Positions 10,601-19,510 of a DNA stretch of 64,000 nucleotides are shown here, in pieces. Both the position numbers and the translations under genes were made by a program. How positions within the stretch are numbered: the first letter of the stretch is position 1; every line of letters starts with the position of its first letter. The notes beneath the pieces are model-generated. The model was not told the origin of the DNA. It made no database searches and saw only the letters and a list, made by a program, of their open reading frames with translations. Origin of the DNA: Planctomycetota bacterium (GTDB lineage: Bacteria; Planctomycetota; MHYJ01; WSZJ01); the NCBI GenBank assembly GCA_038060895.1, contig JBBTCT010000027.1, positions 1 through 64,000 of the forward strand. Direction: 5' to 3'.

Positions 10601-10905
10601 GGTACGAACCGCCCCTCGACCCCGCGGCGCGGGAGAAGATGCTGGCGAAGGGGAAGGCCGTTTTCGATGAGAACAAGTGCGCGAGCTGCCACGTAGTTGC
10701 CGGGGGGAAGCTCACGACGGACAATCCTGCGCCTGCGTTCGCCAAAGTTGCGCCGCGGCTCCAGAAGGACTGGTTCGGCCCCTGGATCCGCGATCCGCAG
10801 GCGTTTGCGCCGGGCGTCGGCATGACCAGCTACAACGAAGTCCAGATCAAACCGGAGGACGAGGATTCGCTCCGCGAGTACATCTGGAGCCTTCACGGAA
10901 AATAA
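7651..10905 (+). CDS. Membrane-anchored octaheme cytochrome c with coiled-coil stalk
   Basis: 8 CxxCH motifs (CTTCH, CTICH, CTKCH, CYGCH, CIACH, CFGCH, CASCH, CASCH), N-terminal TM, long E/K-rich coiled coil. Confidence 0.92.
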   Translation: MPKPADPLSDTLYDMPTLNRLFFASSILLIAVTVWMTWQDYDRNWKHFQRDFNELALKKAEKERADIESALKNSERGQELSALREQLKSAESVVEQKKKSIDEINEKREKNRGPMEKAVQEFQFDKSEADTFKFKAEKSAVDYEHAKKHAEELKGKDGAAHAEAVLPGLKKDMDAAELRFEEKNKETIEAKKEWEKFDAIDRGFAAEIAVILKDTVEVGKQIAKIETDLDAKKRQIAKLEPSLAKLLLNAPGMDFVAPTEKIDQNILPHFLEDVNFESSVFKIDRCTTCHLAISKSKGWTKSDLPEGTSPAFFSHPNLDLYVGDNSPHPISKFGCTICHNGQGRSVDFIYAAHTPKNAEQEKKWEEKYSWKPVAHYDTPMLPTPYVEASCTKCHSTQHRVTMADKLNEGKRLLETVGCYGCHPIAGTEDLRKPGPSLYGLKYKVTKDWAYNWIADPTQFRPTTKMPRPFYTSPALNEKEKADVEKRNQAMIQGIVEYLWENENLPGVPKAGYPAPPAGDVAKGKQLVEAVGCIACHVLDKPEEKGDQYRSFGPNLAGVGSKLNPGWTYAWLKDPSQYFHATNMPNLRLSDQEAADATAYLLSLKHHDKFEDRKSPPVDEAVLERTIIDFKKGAMSMAQAEKEAKELSPQGKLLWLGEKAIGQMGCFGCHDVKKFEKTKKIGAELTGSNSTGTKDITKFDFGFRHDLQHGHHPLSNDKINWVRAKLADPRTYDGGRIMAYEDRLRMPKFNLTQDDIEALTTYVLSFRREVVNPLYKRNMSNEDTVIDRGKRLVTLSNCASCHKTGVWPTRVAVTGSVDGENNIGVINGMNIYAARNILNDGRQVDRISDEELAILKKKGIVILVKKGTWLKGRVVEDLLNNNIHEVIVYGENEGAIRYLVNISEKDNKAPPVIVGEGAKVNPEWLFSFLKAPTEIRPWLSGADDRGVVDPAKRGVRMPTFGFTDDEATLIVQHFSYLSGERTPFRYEPPLDPAAREKMLAKGKAVFDENKCASCHVVAGGKLTTDNPAPAFAKVAPRLQKDWFGPWIRDPQAFAPGVGMTSYNEVQIKPEDEDSLREYIWSLHGK

Positions 10906-10956
10906 ACCACTGCTGAAAGAGCAGGCCATTTTCATCCCAGAAAGAGGAGCAAGAAG

Positions 10957-11778
10957 ATGACAAACGTCCTGAAGTGCAGCCTGGTCGTCGCGCTGGCGAT
11001 GGCCATGCTGTCGGGCTGCGGCAAGACCGAAGAGAAAAAACCCGCCGACGGAGGCGCAGGTGGCGGCGGCGGCGCGCCGGTCCCGGACAACACCGTGGAG
11101 GTCAAGCCCGACGCGGCGACGGTCGGGAAGATCACGGTCACCGTGAAGCTGAAAGGCGCCGCCCCTGCGCGCGCGCCGATCGACATGTCGGACGCGGAAT
11201 GCGCCGCGGCGCACGCTTCTGAACCGGCCCTCGACGAAACCGTCGTCCCCGGCTCCGGCGGGACTCTTCAGAACGCGATGGTCTGGATCGAGAAGGGCCT
11301 CGACGCCAAATACGTCTTCAAGGCGCCGGCCGCCGCCGTCCTCGTGGACCAGTCCGGCTGCATCTACAAGCCGCACGTCCTGACGATGATGACGAAGCAG
11401 TCGATCGAAGTGAAGAACAGCGACGGCGTGCAGCACAACATCCACGCGACGTCGAAGGCGAACCCGGAGTTCAACTTCAGCCAGGCCCCCAAGACTTCGC
11501 TGACGCTGACGACCGGCTCGAAGGACCGGACTTTCACGCAGCCGGAAGTGCCGCTGAAGATGAAGTGCGAAATTCACGGCTGGATGGGCGCGTGGGTCGG
11601 CGTGTTCAAGCACCCGTACCATGGGGTTTCGGGCGCGGACGGAACGGTCACGCTGAAGGACGTTCCGCCGGGAACGTACACGATCACGGTCTGGCACGAA
11701 AAGTTCGGGAAGAAAGAAGCCCAGGTGACGCTGAAGGACAAGGGCGCTGAAGCGGCGAGCGTCGAGTTCGGGGAGTAG
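10957..11778 (+). CDS. Lipoprotein, cupredoxin-like plus carboxypeptidase-regulatory-like domain
   Basis: Lipobox LSGC; HNIH...CEIHGWM putative type-1 Cu ligands; VPPGTYTITVWHE. Confidence 0.75.
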   Translation: MTNVLKCSLVVALAMAMLSGCGKTEEKKPADGGAGGGGGAPVPDNTVEVKPDAATVGKITVTVKLKGAAPARAPIDMSDAECAAAHASEPALDETVVPGSGGTLQNAMVWIEKGLDAKYVFKAPAAAVLVDQSGCIYKPHVLTMMTKQSIEVKNSDGVQHNIHATSKANPEFNFSQAPKTSLTLTTGSKDRTFTQPEVPLKMKCEIHGWMGAWVGVFKHPYHGVSGADGTVTLKDVPPGTYTITVWHEKFGKKEAQVTLKDKGAEAASVEFGE

Positions 11779-11833
11779 AAAGGCAGTGGGGAGTTGCTAG
11801 TCGGTAGTTGGCAGGAACGACCTTGTTGAAACG

Positions 11834-11867
11834 GCGGGAGCGCTTCGATGCGCTCCCGCTTTTTTTT
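11834..11867 (+). terminator. Rho-independent terminator
   Basis: GCGGGAGCGC-ttcgat-GCGCTCCCGC followed by T8. Confidence 0.85.
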
Positions 11868-12014
11868 GTGCGGCTCATTTCGCTGGAATTGAAAGTTTCG
11901 GCGCGACTGGCGCATTCGGCGCAAGGTCGCCGCACCCTGGAAGGACGACGCCGGGGGAGCGCGGGGTACGTCCTTTGCGTTCCGGAGGGGGATCTCTCAC
12001 TCAAGGTGGCCGAC

Positions 12015-12824
12015 ATGCGCGCCCCGATGCTCCGACGAATTGGCGTCGCCGTTCTTGCCGCGGCCGTCCCGGGCTGCCACGCGACCTGCGCACCCCCGAA
12101 AGCCACGCCGCCGCCCCACAGGAACCAGGTGCCGGTCGCCGTCCTGCTGCCTCCGGAAGATTCGCTCGGATCGATTTCCGGCCGCGTTCGCTTCGCGGGA
12201 ACCCCACCGAATCGAGCGCCGATCGACATGTCCGACCCCGCCTGCGCTTGCCTCCACCCCGGGGCTTCTCTGCTGGAAGAGAGCGTCGAAGTCGGCGACG
12301 GCGGAGGATTGAAAAACGTGATGGCCTGGGTTCTCAAGGGCCTCGACCCGAAGTACTCCTGGCCGGTGCCCGCCGAGGCGGTCATCCTGAAGCAGGCCGG
12401 GTGCGTCTACGCGCCTCATGTCATGACGATCCAGGCGCGGCAACCGCTCGAAGTGCGCAACGAAGACGACACCAACCACAATTTCCACACCTTTCCGCGG
12501 CTGAACGAACCCGATAACTTCAGCCAGTCGGCCCTGCAGATCGACTTGCTCACGACGAATACCCGGCACAGGACCTTCATGGTGGCCGAAGAACCGTTCC
12601 GGTGCGGCTGCGACATTCACGGTTGGATGCGCGCGTGGGTCGGTGTCTTCAAGCACCCTTTCCATGCCGTAACCGGCGATGACGGGCGATTTCGCCTGGT
12701 GGGCGTTCCGGAAGGAAAAGTCACGCTGCGGCTCTGGCACGAAAAGCTCGGAACGCGCGACATCGAGGTGGAGGTGAAACGCGGCGCGAACGCTTCCGTC
12801 GAAGGGGAGTTCTCCGCGCCATGA
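12015..12824 (+). CDS. Paralogous cupredoxin-like exported protein
   Basis: RAPIDMSD.AC, GCVYAPHV, HNFH...CDIHGWM; clear paralog of 10957-11778. Confidence 0.75.
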   Translation: MRAPMLRRIGVAVLAAAVPGCHATCAPPKATPPPHRNQVPVAVLLPPEDSLGSISGRVRFAGTPPNRAPIDMSDPACACLHPGASLLEESVEVGDGGGLKNVMAWVLKGLDPKYSWPVPAEAVILKQAGCVYAPHVMTIQARQPLEVRNEDDTNHNFHTFPRLNEPDNFSQSALQIDLLTTNTRHRTFMVAEEPFRCGCDIHGWMRAWVGVFKHPFHAVTGDDGRFRLVGVPEGKVTLRLWHEKLGTRDIEVEVKRGANASVEGEFSAP

Positions 12825-13831
12825 ACCCGGCGATTAGCGTTTGCCAAGTTGCGTCATCGCGGGTACAGCATGACACCGTGACTGGCCCCGCCATCGTTGT
12901 CCGCGCGCTCGAGAGGGAATTCGGCGAGAGGAAGGCGCTCGCCGGGGTGACATTTGAGGTCCGCGAGGGGGAGATTTTCGGGCTGCTCGGCCCGAACGGC
13001 GGAGGCAAGACGACGCTCTTCCGCATCCTCGCCACGCTGCTGCCCCCGACCCGCGGAATCGCGTCGATCCAGGGGCACGACGTCGTCGTTGATCCGGCGG
13101 CAGTGCGGCGCGCGATCGGCGTCGTGTTCCAGGCGACGAGCACGGACAAGAAGCTGACCTCGCTCGAAAATCTCATCTACCAGGGGCACATGTACGGGAT
13201 GAGCGGCGCTTCCCTGAAGAAGCGTGCCATGGAACTGCTGGAGCGCTTCGGCGTCGCCGACCGCGCGGGCGAGTACTGCGAGAAACTGTCGGGCGGGCTC
13301 CGGCGGCGCGTTGAGATCGCGAAGGGACTGCTGCACGGACCGAAAGTGCTGCTGCTCGACGAGCCGAGTGCCGGACTCGACCCCGGGGCGAGGCGCGAAC
13401 TGCGCGAAGTCCTCGAAGGACTGAAGAAGGACGGCACGACCGTGCTCCTCACGACGCACTTCATGGAGGAGGGCGCGATGTCCGACCGTGTCGCGATTCT
13501 CGATCGCGGACTGATCGTCGCCCTCGGGAAACCCGATTCCCTCTGCGCCGAGTCCGGCACCGACGTGATTTCCGTCCGCTCGCGCGAACCGGTAAAGCTG
13601 AAAGAGGCGATCGCCGCAAAGTTCCAGGCGCCCGTCAGCCTCCTCGACGGCCAGGTCCGGATCGAGCGCAGCCGCGGCCACGAGTTCGTGCCGCAGCTCG
13701 TCGAGTCGTTCCCGGGGCAGGTGGAAGCGGTGACGGTGTCGAAGCCGACGCTCGAGGACGTCTTCGTCCGCAAGACGGGGCGGTCCTTCGTCGAAGAACC
13801 GGCGCCGGCAGCGCCGAAGAAGGGCCACTGA
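12821..13831 (+). CDS. ABC transporter ATP-binding protein (DrrA-like)
   Basis: GPNGGGKTT, LSGG, LLLDEP, TTH; true start may be a little downstream. Confidence 0.9.
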   Translation: MNPAISVCQVASSRVQHDTVTGPAIVVRALEREFGERKALAGVTFEVREGEIFGLLGPNGGGKTTLFRILATLLPPTRGIASIQGHDVVVDPAAVRRAIGVVFQATSTDKKLTSLENLIYQGHMYGMSGASLKKRAMELLERFGVADRAGEYCEKLSGGLRRRVEIAKGLLHGPKVLLLDEPSAGLDPGARRELREVLEGLKKDGTTVLLTTHFMEEGAMSDRVAILDRGLIVALGKPDSLCAESGTDVISVRSREPVKLKEAIAAKFQAPVSLLDGQVRIERSRGHEFVPQLVESFPGQVEAVTVSKPTLEDVFVRKTGRSFVEEPAPAAPKKGH

Positions 13832-14580
13832 TGCTGCTTCCCGCCTTCTCGCTCGCGAAGCGCGAACTGGTGCGGTTCTTCCGCCAGCGCGGACGCGTCA
13901 TCGGCGCCCTCGCGACGCCCGTGATGTTCTGGCTGATCATGGGATCGGGGATCGGGCGGTCGTTCGCGGGAGAGGGAGGTGACTACCTCAAGTACGCGTT
14001 CGCCGGCACGACGACGATGATCCTGCTCTTCACGTCGATCTTCGCGTCGATCTCGATCATCGAGGACCGCCGCGAGGGATTCCTCCAGTCGGTGCTCGCC
14101 TCGCCCGCGCCGCGCGCGAGCATCGTGCTCGGGAAAGTCCTCGGCGGCACCGCGCTCGGGTTCGTGCAGGCGTTCCCGTTCCTGCTGCTGGCGCCGACCG
14201 TAGGACTCCCGCTCTCGGCCGTCGGCCTGGCTGCCGGCGCCGCTTCCCTCGCCCTCACGGCGTTCTTCCTCTCGTCCGTCGGCTTCTTCTTTGCCTGGCG
14301 ATCGGAGTCCGTCGCAGGATTCCACGGGATCATGAACGTCGTCTTAATGCCGATGTGGCTCATCTCGGGCGCGCTCTTCCCGCTCGCCGGCGCGCGAACC
14401 TGGATGGGCTACGCGATGCGCGCGAATCCTCTCGCCTACGGCCTCTCCGCCCTCAAGTCCGCCATCATTCCCGGCGCGCAGGAACCGTTCCGGATGGCCA
14501 CTTCCTTCGCCGTCATCGCATGTTGCGCCGCGGCGGCGTTCGTCGCGTGCTCTGTTTCGGTAAAAGGGGACAAGGCATGA
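13831..14580 (+). CDS. ABC-2 type permease
   Basis: Hydrophobic; DRREGFLQSVLASP, SGALFP, NPLAYG; coupled to the ATPase gene. Confidence 0.88.
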   Translation: MLLPAFSLAKRELVRFFRQRGRVIGALATPVMFWLIMGSGIGRSFAGEGGDYLKYAFAGTTTMILLFTSIFASISIIEDRREGFLQSVLASPAPRASIVLGKVLGGTALGFVQAFPFLLLAPTVGLPLSAVGLAAGAASLALTAFFLSSVGFFFAWRSESVAGFHGIMNVVLMPMWLISGALFPLAGARTWMGYAMRANPLAYGLSALKSAIIPGAQEPFRMATSFAVIACCAAAAFVACSVSVKGDKA

Positions 14581-15578
14581 AGCGCCTTGCGCTCGCGGCC
14601 GGCGTGCTGGCGCTCGGCGCGGGGGCGGCGCTGGGGCTGTGGGCGGTGCTGCAGCCGAGGCCTGACCTGCCGGTCATCCGGGAAGCGCCCTCCTTTACGC
14701 TCACGGACCAGGACGGCCGCGCGATCACGAAAGAGGCCTTGCGCGGGCGCGCGTGGGTTGCGGATTTCATGTTCACGAACTGCTCGGGCGTCTGCCCGGT
14801 TCTGCTCGGGCGTTTTCAGGAGCTCGATCGCGTTCTGCCTCCGGGCGTGGTGCTTGTCTCGTTCTCCATGGACCCCGCTCGCGACACTCCTGCCGCGCTG
14901 CAGAAGTACGCGACCGAGTCGAAGGTTGACCTGAAACGCTGGCGCTTCGTTTCTACCGGGTCCGTCGAGAAACGCAACGCCCTGGCGGCCGGGCTGATGG
15001 TGGACACCGGCGACAATCCCGGCGACGCGGTGAACTCGGTCGTGCACAGTTCGTACTTCGTCCTGGTGGATGCTGAAGGCGCGATCCGGGGCGCCTACTC
15101 GAGCGATGATCCCGACAAGATCCTGCAGCTTCGCAAGGATGCGCGGGCCCTCTCGCTCGCGGGGATTTATGGCCTGCCGGCCGTGAACGCCGCGCTGAAC
15201 GGGGCCAGCCTGCTCCTCCTCATCCTTGGGCTGTGCTTCGTTCGCGCGGGCCGTTTCGAAGAGCACGCCGCTCTCGTACTTGGCTCCGTCGCCTGCTCCG
15301 CGGTCTTCCTCGGCTGCTACCTGACATATCACTACCTTGCCGGCGCGACGCGCTTCCCCGGGACCGGCACGGCACGGGCGCTCTACCTCGCGTTGCTCAT
15401 CAGCCACACGATCCTGGCCGTCGCCGTCCCTCCGCTGATCATCACGGTGATCGTCAAGGCCGTCCGCCGGCGCTGGGAAACGCACAAGAAATGGGCCCGG
15501 TTCACCGTCCCGGTCTGGGCGTACGTTTCTGCAACAGGCGTCCTGATTTACTGGGTGCTTTTCCGCGGAAGCTCGTAA
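14577..15578 (+). CDS. SCO1/SenC - DUF420 (CtaM-like) fusion
   Basis: FMFTNCSGVCP and HSSYFVLVD (SCO), then LPAVNAALN...YLTYHY...ISHTILA...HKKWAR...WAYVSATGV (DUF420). Confidence 0.85.
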   Translation: MKRLALAAGVLALGAGAALGLWAVLQPRPDLPVIREAPSFTLTDQDGRAITKEALRGRAWVADFMFTNCSGVCPVLLGRFQELDRVLPPGVVLVSFSMDPARDTPAALQKYATESKVDLKRWRFVSTGSVEKRNALAAGLMVDTGDNPGDAVNSVVHSSYFVLVDAEGAIRGAYSSDDPDKILQLRKDARALSLAGIYGLPAVNAALNGASLLLLILGLCFVRAGRFEEHAALVLGSVACSAVFLGCYLTYHYLAGATRFPGTGTARALYLALLISHTILAVAVPPLIITVIVKAVRRRWETHKKWARFTVPVWAYVSATGVLIYWVLFRGSS

Positions 15579-15608
15579 TCCTCCACGGTTTAGGAAGGAC
15601 CGCATTCC

Positions 15609-15637
15609 TTGACACAAATTCCGCGTTCCGGTGTACT
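15609..15637 (+). promoter_or_regulatory. Candidate sigma70-type promoter upstream of cox genes
   Basis: TTGACA-N17-TGTACT in the intergenic gap; weak -10. Confidence 0.3.
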
Positions 15638-15703
15638 TCGCCCCTTAATCCCCGGGAAAATCCGGGCCGCTTCACCAGGACTTTTCACCCTTGGAGGGAT
15701 CCG

Positions 15704-16813
15704 ATGAAAGGATCCGCAAAACTCCTCATCCCGCTCGCCGCCGCGGCCTTCCTGCTCTTTGCCGCGCTTCCCGCCGCCGCCATTCCGAACTGGCTGCCGC
15801 AAAACGTGAATTCGGCGTACGGCGAGAAAGTCGACGGGCTGTACTTCGGGATCTACATCATCGTCGCGGCGTTCTTTTTCCTCACGGAAGGACTGCTTCT
15901 TTTCGCCTGCATTGCGTTCCGGGCGCGCCCGGGACACAAGGCGAAGTACCTGCACGGGAGCAACGTGATCGAAGTGATCTGGACGGTGATTCCCGCGCTG
16001 ATCCTGATCGGGATCGGCATCGCGCAGGCGGACACCTGGACGGAGATCCGGCTGAAGTTTCCGTCTGAGAGCAATCCGGACGTCACGGTAATCCAGACGT
16101 TCCCGAAGCAGTACGAGTGGCATTTCCGTTACGCGGGGGTCGACAAGCAGTTCGGAACGGCGGACGACGTGTACACGACCAGCATCCACGTTCCCATCGG
16201 AAAGAAAGTACTCAACAAGCTGGCTTCTTCCGATGTCATCCACTCCTACTTCGTCCCGCATGCGCGCGTAAAGCTCGACGCGATGCCGGGCATGTTGGGT
16301 CGCACGTGGTACACGATGGACAAGTTCTCGGTCTGGGACCTGAAGGCCGGGAAGATGCTGATCGTCAGCGCCGAGGAGCTTGCGGGCAAGAAGACGGCCT
16401 GGGCGATTACGAACAGCCCGACGCGCACGGCGTTCGCTTACAAGCTGGTTGAAGCCTCTACGGATGCGCCGGATGCGGCCATCAAGAAGGGGATGAAGAA
16501 GTATTCGTACGAGGTTTTGCCTGCCGAGAGGAAAACGGCGCAGGTCTGGTACCAGGGGAAGATCCAGGAAGTGCCGATTGGCGAAGTGGATTACGTCTTC
16601 CACCGCTACGAAATCGCCTGTGCCGAGTTGTGCGGCATGCAGCATTTCAATATGCGTTCCTTCGTCTACGTCGATCCTCCCGAGGTCTTCGCCGCGTGGT
16701 ACTCCGGCGTCAGCGAACAGGCCGCAAAGACGGGAGCGCCGGAGACGACGACGAGCCGCTGGAAACTGAACTGGGACAAAGCCCACCCCACCTGGAATAA
16801 GGCGATCGAATAA
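15704..16813 (+). CDS. coxB: Cytochrome c oxidase subunit II with insertion in CuA domain
   Basis: EVIWTVIP, QYEWHFRY, DVIHSY, CAELCGMQHFNM CuA ligands. Confidence 0.93.
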   Translation: MKGSAKLLIPLAAAAFLLFAALPAAAIPNWLPQNVNSAYGEKVDGLYFGIYIIVAAFFFLTEGLLLFACIAFRARPGHKAKYLHGSNVIEVIWTVIPALILIGIGIAQADTWTEIRLKFPSESNPDVTVIQTFPKQYEWHFRYAGVDKQFGTADDVYTTSIHVPIGKKVLNKLASSDVIHSYFVPHARVKLDAMPGMLGRTWYTMDKFSVWDLKAGKMLIVSAEELAGKKTAWAITNSPTRTAFAYKLVEASTDAPDAAIKKGMKKYSYEVLPAERKTAQVWYQGKIQEVPIGEVDYVFHRYEIACAELCGMQHFNMRSFVYVDPPEVFAAWYSGVSEQAAKTGAPETTTSRWKLNWDKAHPTWNKAIE

Positions 16814-18621
16814 TGAGCGAGCACGCCCAGGACCACGCGCACCCGGCGCCCCACGAACACATTCCCGTCGAGCCGACGGGATTCATCCGCAAGTACATCT
16901 TCTCGATCGACCATAAGTGGATCGGGAAGCAGTATCTCGTGACGTCTCTGTTCTTCCTGATCGTCGGCGGCGGACTCGCCATGCTGATGCGGTGGCAGCT
17001 CGCCTATCCGGAGTCCACGGTTCCTGTCATCGGGAACTTGCTCAAGGATTCCTGGATCTGCGGCCCGACCGGGGCCGTCAGCCCGGAGGGATTCAACCAG
17101 CTAGTCACCATGCACGGGTCGGTGATGATCTTCCTCGTCATCATCCCGATCCTCGTCGGCGCGTTTGGAAACTTCCTGATTCCGCTTCACGTCGGCGCGC
17201 GCGACGTGGCGTTCCCGATCCTGAACGCCTTGTCTTACTGGCTGTATCTTCCGGCCGGGTTCATCTTCCTCGCCTCGTTCTTCGTCGGCGACGGTGGCGC
17301 AGGCGCCGGCTGGACTTCGTATCCACCGCTTTCCGACCTGAATAACAGCGCCCCCGGGATGCACTACGGCCAGGTTTTCTGGCTCTTCGGCGTATTCCTC
17401 GTCGGGTTCAGCTCGATCCTCGGCGGCATGAACTTCATGACGACGATCATCAAGCTCCGCGCACCCGGCATGACGTGGACGCGCATGCCGCTCGTCACCT
17501 GGGCCCAGTTCGTCACAGCGCTCTTTCAGCTCCTCGCGACCCCGGTTCTCGCCTCGGCGATGATGCTGCTCATGATGGACAAGCTGTTCGGCTGCTCGTT
17601 CTTCATCCCGCGCGACCTCGCCATCTCGGGCGAGCCTACCGGGCGCGCAGGCGGCGGCCACCCGTTGCTCTGGCAGCACATCTTCTGGTTCTACAGCCAC
17701 CCCGCGGTGTACATCCTCATCCTCCCCGGCATGGGCCTCGCCAGCGACCTGCTCGCCACGTTCTCGCGTAAACCGATCTTCGGCTACAAGGTCATGGTCG
17801 TCTCCATGACCGGCATCATGGGCCTCGGCTTCATCGTCTGGGGCCACCACATGTTCCAGTCGGGCATGGACCCCCGCCTCGGCACCGCGTTCATGATGAG
17901 CACCATGCTCATCGCGCTGCCGTCGGGCGTGAAGTGCTTCAACTGGATCGCCACCCTCTGGCAGGGGAGCATCCGCTTTACCGTCCCGATGCTGCACGCC
18001 CTGTCGTTCCTCTCGATGTTCATCATCGGCGGCCTCTCCGGTCTCTGGATGGCCGCGACCCCCGTGGACATCTTCATCCACGACACCTACTACGTCGTAG
18101 CTCACTTCCACTACGTCGTCTTCGGCGGAACGTTATTTGCGGTCTTCGGCGGTCTCATCTTCTGGTTCCCGAAGATGTACGGTCGCATGATGAACAACAC
18201 GCTCGGGTACATCCACTGGACGCTCACCTTCATCACCTTCAACCTCGTCTTCTTCCCCATGCACATTCTTGGGGAAGCCGGCGCAATGAGGCGTGTTTCC
18301 ACGCACATGGTCTACGAGTACCTGCAGCCGATCCAGTGGATGAACGTGATGATCTCGCACAGCGCGTTCATCCTCGGGTTCTCCCAGCTGATCTTCATCT
18401 TCAACCTGTTCTGGAGCATGTACCGGGGCAAGGTCGCGACCGGGAACCCCTGGGAGTCGAACACGCTGGAGTGGTCCGGGCCGTCGCCTCTCCCGTACCA
18501 CAACTTCGACAAGGTCCCCATCGTGCATCGCGGACCTTACGAGTACTCGACCGGAGAGGGCACCAAGGACTGGATCGCGCAGGACGAACCTGCGTCGGCC
18601 GGCGGCCTCGGAGGGCACTAG
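16813..18621 (+). CDS. coxA: Cytochrome c oxidase subunit I, A2 type
   Basis: DHKWIG, TMHG, GWTSYPPL, FYSHPAVY (YS motif of A2), WGHH, HDTYYVVAHFH. Confidence 0.97.
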   Translation: MSEHAQDHAHPAPHEHIPVEPTGFIRKYIFSIDHKWIGKQYLVTSLFFLIVGGGLAMLMRWQLAYPESTVPVIGNLLKDSWICGPTGAVSPEGFNQLVTMHGSVMIFLVIIPILVGAFGNFLIPLHVGARDVAFPILNALSYWLYLPAGFIFLASFFVGDGGAGAGWTSYPPLSDLNNSAPGMHYGQVFWLFGVFLVGFSSILGGMNFMTTIIKLRAPGMTWTRMPLVTWAQFVTALFQLLATPVLASAMMLLMMDKLFGCSFFIPRDLAISGEPTGRAGGGHPLLWQHIFWFYSHPAVYILILPGMGLASDLLATFSRKPIFGYKVMVVSMTGIMGLGFIVWGHHMFQSGMDPRLGTAFMMSTMLIALPSGVKCFNWIATLWQGSIRFTVPMLHALSFLSMFIIGGLSGLWMAATPVDIFIHDTYYVVAHFHYVVFGGTLFAVFGGLIFWFPKMYGRMMNNTLGYIHWTLTFITFNLVFFPMHILGEAGAMRRVSTHMVYEYLQPIQWMNVMISHSAFILGFSQLIFIFNLFWSMYRGKVATGNPWESNTLEWSGPSPLPYHNFDKVPIVHRGPYEYSTGEGTKDWIAQDEPASAGGLGGH

Positions 18622-18625
18622 CTCA

Positions 18626-19510
18626 ATGACCGCGCACCGCCTCGCGCTGACGACCGCGGTGGCCACGCTCGCCCTGCTCTTCGCAGGCGGGCTCGTGACC
18701 ACCACGGCCTCGGGCGATGCCGTGCCCGACTGGTGGTTCGTGCCGATCTCCTTCGGGACGTTCTTCCCGCGCATGACCGGCGGCGTCCTGTTCGAACATG
18801 GCCACCGCCTCGTCGCGACCCTCGTCGGGTTGCTCACCCTTTCGCTTTGCTTCGTGCTCTGGAAGTCGGACTCGAGGGCGTGGGTGAAGCGTCTCGGGCT
18901 GCTCGCCGTCTTCGGCGTCTGCGCCCAGGGAACGCTGGGCGGACTGCGCGTGCACCATGTCGGCAGCCCCGCCGTGATCGCCATCATTCACGCCTGTTTC
19001 GCGCAGCTCTTCTTCGGCACCGTCGTCGCCCTCGCCGTCGTGACATCGAGGCGTTGGAAGGACGAAGCGCCTGCCCCCGAACCGTCGTGGCTCCCCTGGA
19101 TCACCACGGTCGCCTCGTTCGTCGTGTACCTCCAGATCATCCTCGGCGCGATCCGCCGCCATACCGGCCAGTGGATCGACGTCCACGCGACGTTCGCGAT
19201 CGTCGTCACTTTCGGGATCCTGCTGGCCGCCGCTGAATGCCTTCGCCGTGGCCGCTTCGGCTTCACCGCCGCCGCCCTCGTCACTCTCGTATTCGCTCAG
19301 GTTCTCCTGGGGCTCTGGTCCTACGTCCTGGTCCGCGGCGGTTTCGTCCGCTCCATCAACTCCTCCGCCGTCGACACCGTCGCCATCACGGGACACCTCG
19401 CCCTCGGCGGACTGATCTACGCCCTCAGTGTCGCTCTCGCCGTCCGCTCCTGGCGCGCATTCCGCCTGCCCGCAACCGCGGGCTCGTTCGCGGGGGAGGC
19501 CGTCCTGTGA
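18626..19510 (+). CDS. ctaA: Heme A synthase (COX15/CtaA family)
   Basis: GLVTTTASGDAVPDW, EHGHR, QGTLGG, HACFAQ. Confidence 0.85.
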   Translation: MTAHRLALTTAVATLALLFAGGLVTTTASGDAVPDWWFVPISFGTFFPRMTGGVLFEHGHRLVATLVGLLTLSLCFVLWKSDSRAWVKRLGLLAVFGVCAQGTLGGLRVHHVGSPAVIAIIHACFAQLFFGTVVALAVVTSRRWKDEAPAPEPSWLPWITTVASFVVYLQIILGAIRRHTGQWIDVHATFAIVVTFGILLAAAECLRRGRFGFTAAALVTLVFAQVLLGLWSYVLVRGGFVRSINSSAVDTVAITGHLALGGLIYALSVALAVRSWRAFRLPATAGSFAGEAVL

